DNA of 37,727 bases from an uncultured bacterium (GTDB lineage Bacteria; Margulisbacteria; WOR-1; JAKLHX01). Of this stretch, positions 27,120 to 32,963 are shown piece by piece. The number at the start of each line of letters is the position of its first letter. Within the stretch, counting starts at the first letter, position 1. The stretch lies in contig CALFCX010000106.1 in NCBI GenBank assembly GCA_937950635.1, positions 1-37,727 on the forward strand, written 5' to 3'. The notes below the pieces were generated by a model. That model searched no databases. It worked only from the letters and a program-made list of their open reading frames with translations, and was not told the origin of the DNA. The position numbers were made by a program, and so were the translations under genes.

Positions 27120-29525
27120 TTACGCTACCGCGTAAAGCTCCTTTTCAAGCTCTTCGACCGCGCTCAAGTATTGATCTCTGCCTCCAAAGGATTGGACTAT
27201 CTCTGAAGGCGTTCCCATATCCTTGAACGGCTCGATCCTTAATATTGAAAGGTCCTCAATGTTCTCAATCCCTATCTCAGCGTATTTATCCAGTAATGCT
27301 TCCAGGACCTTTTTTGCTTTATCTCCGTATTTGGTAAAATAATTCCTTTTTTTAACGTTCTCGGCACGCTCGCGTCTGGTTAAAGCGGGCTTGTCCCATG
27401 CAATATGGCATATCAAATCAAACACATCCAAATTTTTCTTCACATCATCCATCAGATTATCAAGGATAATGCCTTCCGCTTCAAGTTCGTCAATTATCGC
27501 CTTTTTCTTCTTAGCGTTATTCCATTGCGTCAGGAATTCATTCATAGTCCGATATTCCCTCAATATGCTGTTTTTTGTGTACTCTTTCAGAGTTTCCGTC
27601 ATCAAATCTCCATTGGAATTCAGATATTGCACTCTCTCATTTAGTACTGAAACATCCACTCCTGCCACATATACCTTCGGCCGCGGTTCGTCCGTTATAT
27701 TTCCACCTTGAATTATTTGAGGCGTTTCTGATTGCTCCGGAATACTCGTTTTATCAAAATCTATAGGTTGGTTTGTTTCCGGATCAATTACATTTTGGCT
27801 TTCATTCGGCAGAATATCTTCATTTGTTAACAGGTCTTCCCCTTTAACTTTTCTAATCATCACAGGGTCGCCATCAAATGCCGGATCAGCAAACAAATCC
27901 GTAACATTCCTGAAATCCATGATCGTAAAGAATGTTTTATCGTATTCCTCGTTTATTCTGGTTCCACGCCCGATGATCTGCTTGAACTCCGTCATTGATT
28001 TGATGTTTGAGTCAAGAACTATCAGTTTGCAGGTTTGAGCATCAACTCCGGTAGTCATCAACTTAGATGTTGTCGCAATAACAGGATATTTTTCTTCGGG
28101 ATTTATGAAGTTATCAACTTCACGCTTGCCTTCGCTGTCATCCCCGGTTATTCTCATAACATATTTACGGTTTTCAAGCGCTATATCGGCATTTTCAATA
28201 ACAAGTGCTTGTCTCATACGTTCTGCATGCTCGATATCAACGCAAAATATGATCGTTTTATCGTATCTGTCAGTTTTCTTCAGGAATTCCGAGACTTTTT
28301 TCGCGACTGCTTTTGTCCGCTCGTCTATGACCAGAGTCCTATCAAAATCATTCGTGTTATAAATCCTGTCTTCAATCTCTTTGCCATCTTTATCTGTCAT
28401 GCCTGCATCGGGCCTCCATCCCTCAAGATCAGTATTCAACCCCACACGGATGACCTTATAAGGAGCAAGAAATCCGTCATCGATCCCCTGTTTAAGAGAA
28501 TATGTATAAATTGGCTCGCCAAAATACTGGATATTCGATATTTCTTTTGTCTCACGAGGCGTTGCCGTGAGACCTATCTGTGTAGCAGATTTGAAATACT
28601 CAAGGATAGCTCTCCACGCACTGTCAGCATCAGCGCTGCCTCTGTGGCATTCATCAACAACCACAAGATCAAAGAAATCCGGGCTGAATTCTTTGTAAGC
28701 GTCTTTATCTTCATTATAATCGGTGAGGCCCTGATACAGCGCCATATAGACTTCAAATGCTTTGTCAATTTTCTTCTTTTTAATAACCGTCATAAGCTTT
28801 TTGAAATATTTGAAGTCTCCTCGTTTTGTCTGGTCAATAAGGACATTCCTATCAGCAAGAAATAATATTCGCTTTTTCTTTCCGTTTTTCCATAGTCGAT
28901 AGATGATCTGAAAGGCAGTATATGTTTTGCCTGTTCCGGTGGCCATTACCAGAAGTATTCGGTTTTTGCCTTTTGCTATAGCTTCAACAGTCCTATTAAT
29001 GGCTATTTGCTGATAATACCGCGGAGCACGTTTTGATCCGTCATAAAAATAATCGAATGAAGCGTACTTTTCCTGCTCTGTTGTCTCGATTTTCTTGTAT
29101 TTCTTATAGCTGTTCCATAGAACTTCAGGTGAAGGAAACTCATCAAGATTTATCTGCTTTTCACCTCCGGCAATAAGACCCGATCTGTCATGTATCAGAA
29201 AACCGTCTCCATTGGAGCTGATAGCAACTGGAATATCAAGTATTTCCGCATATTTCAGTCCTTGCTGCATTCCGGAACCGATTGAATGATTATTGTCTTT
29301 TGCCTCGATAACAGCAATGGGGATGTTTGGTTTTAGATATAGGATGAAATCGGCCCTTTTCCGTTCGCCTCTGGCAGTCTTGTCACCTTTTACAAAAATA
29401 CGTCCGTCTGTAAAGAAGACTTCTTCTCTGATTTGCTTTTCAAGATTCCATCCTGATTTTATTAGCGCAGGAAGTATATATTTTGTGCAAATATCTCGCT
29501 CGGATAAGTCTTTTTTGTTTGTCAT
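27120..29525 (-). CDS. hsdR: type I restriction endonuclease subunit HsdR
   Basis: N-terminal nuclease motif (RADFILY...VIEAKD), helicase Walker A (MATGTGKTYTA), DECH box (VVDECHRG), motifs LTATP and GRGTR, and a C-terminal helical domain. Confidence 0.92.
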   Translation of the reverse strand: MTNKKDLSERDICTKYILPALIKSGWNLEKQIREEVFFTDGRIFVKGDKTARGERKRADFILYLKPNIPIAVIEAKDNNHSIGSGMQQGLKYAEILDIPVAISSNGDGFLIHDRSGLIAGGEKQINLDEFPSPEVLWNSYKKYKKIETTEQEKYASFDYFYDGSKRAPRYYQQIAINRTVEAIAKGKNRILLVMATGTGKTYTAFQIIYRLWKNGKKKRILFLADRNVLIDQTKRGDFKYFKKLMTVIKKKKIDKAFEVYMALYQGLTDYNEDKDAYKEFSPDFFDLVVVDECHRGSADADSAWRAILEYFKSATQIGLTATPRETKEISNIQYFGEPIYTYSLKQGIDDGFLAPYKVIRVGLNTDLEGWRPDAGMTDKDGKEIEDRIYNTNDFDRTLVIDERTKAVAKKVSEFLKKTDRYDKTIIFCVDIEHAERMRQALVIENADIALENRKYVMRITGDDSEGKREVDNFINPEEKYPVIATTSKLMTTGVDAQTCKLIVLDSNIKSMTEFKQIIGRGTRINEEYDKTFFTIMDFRNVTDLFADPAFDGDPVMIRKVKGEDLLTNEDILPNESQNVIDPETNQPIDFDKTSIPEQSETPQIIQGGNITDEPRPKVYVAGVDVSVLNERVQYLNSNGDLMTETLKEYTKNSILREYRTMNEFLTQWNNAKKKKAIIDELEAEGIILDNLMDDVKKNLDVFDLICHIAWDKPALTRRERAENVKKRNYFTKYGDKAKKVLEALLDKYAEIGIENIEDLSILRIEPFKDMGTPSEIVQSFGGRDQYLSAVEELEKELYAVA

Positions 29526-29701
29526 TTTATGTTTGACCTGTTCTTAATAAATATTTCCAGGTCTTTTGTCATAATCCGCCATTGTCCTATTTTTGTTGCC
29601 CTTATTTCTTTTCTGGCAATAAGATCTCTAACCCATTCTTCAGTAATGTCCAATTTATCCGCCACATCTTTCACTGTCATATATTTCTTTATGTCGATCA
29701 T
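29522..29701 (-). CDS. 59-aa excisionase-family helix-turn-helix protein (candidate RDF or controller protein)
   Basis: It is not in the ORF track because it is under 60 aa. My translation is MIDIKKYMTVKDVADKLDITEEWVRDLIARKEIRATKIGQWRIMTKDLEIFIKNRSNIK. The pattern (T)VKDVA...VRDLI..(K)EI.A.KIG.QWRI is the classic excisionase/MerR-like HTH. The stop TGA overlaps the hsdR ATG, and AAGGAG lies upstream. Confidence 0.75.
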   Translation of the reverse strand: MIDIKKYMTVKDVADKLDITEEWVRDLIARKEIRATKIGQWRIMTKDLEIFIKNRSNIK

Positions 29702-29728
29702 AGTCCTTTTGACTCCTTATTAATCCAT

Positions 29729-29757
29729 ATTCTATCACTCTTGCAAACAACATTCAA
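29729..29757 (-). promoter_or_regulatory. candidate sigma-70 promoter of the cargo operon (TTGAAT-17 nt-TAGAAT on the minus strand)
   Basis: The reverse complement of 29752-29757 is TTGAAT and of 29729-29734 is TAGAAT, with an exact 17-nt spacer. It lies about 28 nt upstream of the HTH start codon. Confidence 0.5.
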
Positions 29758-29773
29758 AACATGAGGCTTTCCT

Positions 29774-29817
29774 GGCCGGCGCAATTATTAGAGTGGGGGC
29801 TAAGGTACGCGCCGGCC
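29774..29817. other. GC-rich hairpin (9-bp perfect stem GGCCGGCGC / GCGCCGGCC, 26-nt loop)
   Basis: Read directly from the sequence. It sits between the inverted-repeat site and the operon promoter and could act as an insulator or terminator. Confidence 0.45.
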
Positions 29818-29827
29818 ATATATGGAA

Positions 29828-29887
29828 GCAGCCATGAATGCGTTAGGTATAATTAGCGAGAGAGTTCGGAAAGGTTTCGGACGCACC
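29828..29887 (-). repeat. right (inverted) copy of the ~60-bp repeat flanking the cargo
   Basis: The reverse complement of 29842-29887 equals 17887-17932 exactly, and the extension to 29828 has minor differences. Confidence 0.85.
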
Positions 29888-30099
29888 AGTTTGATTTCAT
29901 TGCGAACTAATGTTGTTGGGCGGCTTTGAGCCGTGCTTGCATGGCGAAAAGCCGCCTCATTGTTATTATCAGAAGATTTTATTTCCGCCGATGTCGCCGA
30001 GCTTGTCGAGGCGGCTGAGGCGGCCTCAGCGCTCTCGGAATACAATAATGACTTCTATTGCCTCCGTCGAATAAATGACACTTTCCGATGTGCCTTTTC
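29886..30099 (-). pseudogene. inverted duplicate of the last ~215 nt of the serine recombinase gene (3' fragment only)
   Basis: The reverse complement of 29886-30047 is identical (162 nt by my reading) to 32427-32588. A further ~52 nt (30048-30099) match 32374-32426 with several mismatches and two indels. Track ORF 29800..30045 repeats the recombinase tail YSESAEAASAASTSSATSAEIKSSDNNNEAAFRHASTAQSRPTTLVRNEIKL. Confidence 0.85.
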
Positions 30100-30160
30100 A
30101 AATACAAGCTGAATAAGAAATGCTTTCTACGAGGTTTGCTTCTCCGGGTTTTCCATTGTA

Positions 30161-30415
30161 GCACTTTTCTGCCTTTTCCCTGTCAAGGTCGCTTGCGTTC
30201 GCGCCTCCTCGACGCGCCTTCGTAGCAGCTCGGAGGCGCTCATGCACGCTCCCTGCTCCAGTCGGCAGAGTCGTTGCTCAGCCTCCTTCCGCCCCTACGC
30301 TCAGCCTCGCTGCGTCAAACATTGCGTTATCCAAAAAGGCACTGTTGATTTACTGCCTGCGGCAGTAATAATCCTTGCTCGGCTTCGCTTCGGGTGACAG
30401 GGGGCAGAAAAGTGC
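30161..30415 (+). repeat. GC-rich structured element closed by a 21-bp inverted repeat (possible ncRNA or DNA structure)
   Basis: GCACTTTTCTGCC-TTTT-CCCTGTCA (30161-30185) pairs with TGACAGGGGGCAGAAAAGTGC (30395-30415) apart from a 4-nt bulge. Internal stems are GCGCCTCC/GGAGGCGC (30201-30239) and TACTGCC-TGC-GGCAGTA (30351-30367). GCTCAGCCTC occurs as a direct repeat. Confidence 0.55.
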
Positions 30416-30442
30416 TCCTTGGTACCCAAGGAGGTGTCGCTT

Positions 30443-30976
30443 ATGTCTTTTCATCGTTTGGTTGGTGTTGTCGGGTCCCGTTCTCTTCCTGTCTCTTTTG
30501 CTCCGCTTGTTGATCGTGTTGTGTCCTCGTTCCTTTCCCTCGGTTACTGCATTGCTTCCGGTGGTGCCGTGGGCGCTGATTCGTTTGCTTTGTCTGCTCT
30601 TCTTCGTTCTGGTTCTCCCTCCCGCGGTGTTATATATTCGGCGTGGTCTTCGGTTTCGGGCTTTTCTGCTTCGGTGCGGCCTGATGTTGAGCGTTTTGTT
30701 TCTTGCGGTGGTCGGGTTATTTGGGGTTCTGCGTCTCCTTCCTCTCCTCGTTCTGTTGCTGTTCCTGCTCTTCTCGGCCGCAATAGGCGTTTGGTTTCTG
30801 CCTGCTCGGTCATTGTTGCTTTCCTTCACGGCCCTTCCCGCGGTTCTCTCCACACCATCCGTCAGGCTGTTTCCCGCGACATTCCGGTTGTCGTGTTCCT
30901 TTGCGGCGGTGGTGCTTCATTGCCCGATGAGCTTGAGTCCAAGTGCCGCGTCATTCACAGACAGGAGGTGATTTAG
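30443..30976 (+). CDS. short DprA/Smf-like Rossmann-fold (SLOG-type) protein, encoded by an A-depleted gene
   Basis: AAGGAGG lies 8 nt upstream of the ATG at 30443. VVGSRSLP...IASGGAVGADSFALSALL and GRNRRLVSACSVIVAFLHGPSRGSLHTIRQAVSRDIPVVVF parallel the DprA core motifs (GxR, SGxAxGxD, RNR, SGS). The track ORF 30419..30976 is in the same frame. Confidence 0.6.
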   Translation: MSFHRLVGVVGSRSLPVSFAPLVDRVVSSFLSLGYCIASGGAVGADSFALSALLRSGSPSRGVIYSAWSSVSGFSASVRPDVERFVSCGGRVIWGSASPSSPRSVAVPALLGRNRRLVSACSVIVAFLHGPSRGSLHTIRQAVSRDIPVVVFLCGGGASLPDELESKCRVIHRQEVI

Positions 30977-30978
30977 TC

Positions 30979-31170
30979 ATGCCTATGTATCCGATCTATC
31001 CGTGCTGTTATTGTCCTGTCGCTGACCCTGATAATCCCTGCAGTAATTCAGTTAAGGTTTCCTGCGACAGATTTCTTTGCTACATAGAAAAACTGTGCAG
31101 GTTTAAGTCTCATAGCGTTTTGATCAAAGAGTTAAAGGACTTAATAGATATAAAGAAAGGAGTTAGATAA
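30979..31170 (+). CDS. 63-aa cysteine-rich protein (7 Cys), function unknown
   Basis: AGGAGG lies 10 nt upstream of the ATG at 30979. The sequence is MPMYPIYPCCYCPVADPDNPCSNSVKVSCDRFLCYIEKLC.... It ends 1 nt before the recombinase start codon. Confidence 0.5.
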   Translation: MPMYPIYPCCYCPVADPDNPCSNSVKVSCDRFLCYIEKLCRFKSHSVLIKELKDLIDIKKGVR

Positions 31171-31171
31171 C

Positions 31172-32632
31172 ATGAAAGCAGCAATTTATACTAGAATTTC
31201 CACTGATAATCAAGCTGAGGTTGAGTTCAATTCCTGCGAGACGCAGGCGACCAAAATAAGATCATTCATATCAAGTCAGAATGATCTCGAGGTTTTCAAG
31301 GTCTATTCCGATCAAGGGTATTCCGGCGCAAGTATAGAACGTCCGTCATTACAGGACATGCTTGTTGATATCCAGAATGGAAAGGTTAATCTGGTCATCT
31401 CATACAAGATTGACAGGCTCACTAGATCGCCTAAAGACTTTTATCAGCTTATTGAGCTGTTTGAAAAGCACAATGTCAGTTTTATCTCAGTCACAGAACG
31501 ATTCGATACTTCCACGCCTTCCGGAAGGCTTCTGAGGAACATCATGCTTACATTCGCACAATTTGAGCGCGAGCTTATTAGTGAAAGAATCAGGGACAAG
31601 ATGGCAGAGCGTGCTAAAAAAGGCATGTGGAACAGCGGGAATACTCCGCTGGGCTACAGAAGAGACAATAAAAAGCTTGTTATCGAATCCAAAGAAGCGG
31701 AAATCGTCAGGACTATCTATGACGAATATCTTGCCAGTCATTCCGTTGCAAGAGTTTATGACAAGCTTAAATCGATAAAGATGTTCGGCAGAAAAGGACT
31801 TCCGTTAATCAAAACCAACATAACAAAGATACTTCACAACATTCTCTATACAGGCAAGATCGAATATAAAGGCAAGATATACAAGGCCATACACGAGCCG
31901 ATCATTTCAGATATATTGTTTGAGGCCGTCCAGTCATTACCAAAAGAAGAATATCAGAAACGAAGCAAGTTATTTATGTACACTTTGTTCCCCGGACTGA
32001 TTCATTGCAAAGAGTGCGGATCGATAATGAGCTCGGTATTCACAAACAAGATCAGGAAAGGCAAGCGAGTCAGATATTTCTATTACCGCTGTAACGGTCT
32101 CGCTAAACGTGATCTGTCATACTGCTCGACAAGATATGTCAGCTGCGACCGGCTCGATGCTTTTATCATTGATAATCTCGATAAAATCGCTAAGAACCAG
32201 CAATACCTTGATAGTTTGATATTCACGCTCAATTATTCCCCGCAAGATATGACGGAGGGGTTTAAACCTAACGGGGATACTTCAACGTATTCTTCTGAAA
32301 AGCTGCGAGAGATACTGGAAAGCATAGTCGATGCTTCAAAGCTTAGGGGCAAATCCGAGAAGCGGGAAATCGTGAAAAGGCACATCGGAAAGGTCATTTA
32401 TTCGAAGGAGACAATAGAAGTCAAAATATTGTATTCCGAGAGCGCTGAGGCCGCCTCAGCCGCCTCGACAAGCTCGGCGACATCGGCGGAAATAAAATCT
32501 TCTGATAATAACAATGAGGCGGCTTTTCGCCATGCAAGCACGGCTCAAAGCCGCCCAACAACATTAGTTCGCAATGAAATCAAACTGGACCTGGGGGGAC
32601 TCGAACCCCCAACCCCTAGCATGCCATGCTAG
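31172..32632 (+). CDS. large serine recombinase (resolvase domain + recombinase domain + zinc ribbon)
   Basis: MKAAIYTRISTDNQ carries the catalytic Ser, with YKIDRLTRS and the FAQFERELISERI E-helix. The recombinase domain shows PLGY, and the zinc ribbon has CKECGS...YYRCNG. The last 16 codons (DLGGLEPPTPSMPC) are antisense tRNA sequence, so the C-terminus is created by the junction. Confidence 0.92.
   Translation: MKAAIYTRISTDNQAEVEFNSCETQATKIRSFISSQNDLEVFKVYSDQGYSGASIERPSLQDMLVDIQNGKVNLVISYKIDRLTRSPKDFYQLIELFEKHNVSFISVTERFDTSTPSGRLLRNIMLTFAQFERELISERIRDKMAERAKKGMWNSGNTPLGYRRDNKKLVIESKEAEIVRTIYDEYLASHSVARVYDKLKSIKMFGRKGLPLIKTNITKILHNILYTGKIEYKGKIYKAIHEPIISDILFEAVQSLPKEEYQKRSKLFMYTLFPGLIHCKECGSIMSSVFTNKIRKGKRVRYFYYRCNGLAKRDLSYCSTRYVSCDRLDAFIIDNLDKIAKNQQYLDSLIFTLNYSPQDMTEGFKPNGDTSTYSSEKLREILESIVDASKLRGKSEKREIVKRHIGKVIYSKETIEVKILYSESAEAASAASTSSATSAEIKSSDNNNEAAFRHASTAQSRPTTLVRNEIKLDLGGLEPPTPSMPC
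32582..32603 (+). repeat. right copy of the 22-bp direct repeat (contains the tRNA-Ala 3' end), attR-like
   Basis: It is identical to 17650-17671. Confidence 0.85.
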
Positions 32633-32658
32633 TGCTCTACCAATTGAGCCACAGGCCC
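32586..32658 (-). tRNA. tRNA-Ala (anticodon GGC)
   Basis: The reverse complement folds by hand as GGGCCTG-TG-GCTC-AATTGGTA-GAGC-A-CTAGC-AUGGCAU-GCTAG-GGGTT-GGGGG-TTCGAGT-CCCCC-CAGGTCC-A. It has U33, anticodon GGC, A37, the G3:U70 alanine identity pair and the GTTCGA T-loop. CCA is not encoded. Confidence 0.9.
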
Positions 32659-32833
32659 ATCACAGTTCTATTTTATCACAACTCATGATGATGAGTTTTT
32701 CTACACAACGGCTTACGGCACGCTCTCTTCGTTCGCTACAGCTAACGGCTCCGGAGCTGCCTGCCCGCTACGCTTTGCGAAGCATGGCAGGCGGATAAGC
32801 CGTAGGCCCGAAGGACCGTGCTGTTAGCCATAA

Positions 32834-32859
32834 GCCTTTTCTGTCAAGCCCCCTGTCAA
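32834..32859 (-). repeat. third copy of the TGACAGGGGGC..AGAAAAG.GC motif, outside the island
   Basis: GCCTTTTCTGTCAAGCCCCCTGTCAA matches the island arm 30161-30185 (shared CTTTTCTG and CCCTGTCAAG). About 10-15 nt of flanking similarity is present on each side. Confidence 0.55.
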
Positions 32860-32868
32860 GCCCGCCGC

Positions 32869-32895
32869 TTGATTCCATATAATATGTGTTATAAT
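32869..32895 (+). promoter_or_regulatory. candidate ppdK promoter (TTGATT, 15-nt spacer, extended -10 TGTTATAAT)
   Basis: TTGATT is at 32869-32874 and TGtTATAAT at 32887-32895, about 70 nt upstream of the ppdK ATG. Confidence 0.4.
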
Positions 32896-32963
32896 GGAGT
32901 CGTTCGCAACTCGCGCTTCAACGCGTAAACACCCCCAGGGGAAAATAAAGAAAGGAACATACC

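Larger units (their letters stand above)
17650..32603. mobile_element. ~15 kb integrated genomic island at the 3' end of tRNA-Ala(GGC), carrying a large serine recombinase and a defense-gene cargo
   Basis: The 22-bp direct repeat AAACTGGACCTGGGGGGACTCG occurs at 17650-17671 and 32582-32603, and the right copy contains the tRNA 3' end. A recombinase gene abuts the tRNA. The interior is clearly AT-richer than both flanks. A second, inner left boundary at 17886-17888 is also possible (see findings). Confidence 0.8.

Noticed and set aside
17887-29887. Transposon with ~60-bp terminal inverted repeats
   Set aside because: There is no target-site duplication at the two outer ends (TTTTAT versus AGTTTG) and no transposase gene inside. 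The ends are better explained as serine-recombinase sites.
30161-30415. Retron msr/msd-like RNA (non-coding region flanked by inverted repeats upstream of a gene)
   Set aside because: No reverse transcriptase gene is present in the window. The downstream gene is DprA-like, and no YxDD motif occurs in any neighbouring ORF.
30350-30853. 167-aa extremely basic minus-strand ORF, the 30544..30813 minus ORF and the hydrophobic 30375..30971 + ORF
   Set aside because: They most likely exist only because + strand A-depletion removes stop codons in all frames. The frame with DprA-like motifs and a proper SD is 30443..30976. The alternative + frame is kept only as a speculative note in the findings.
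32574-32798. 74-aa + strand ORF
   Set aside because: It starts inside the recombinase tail and runs antisense through the tRNA-Ala gene into a structured spacer. It has no SD and is not credible as a gene.
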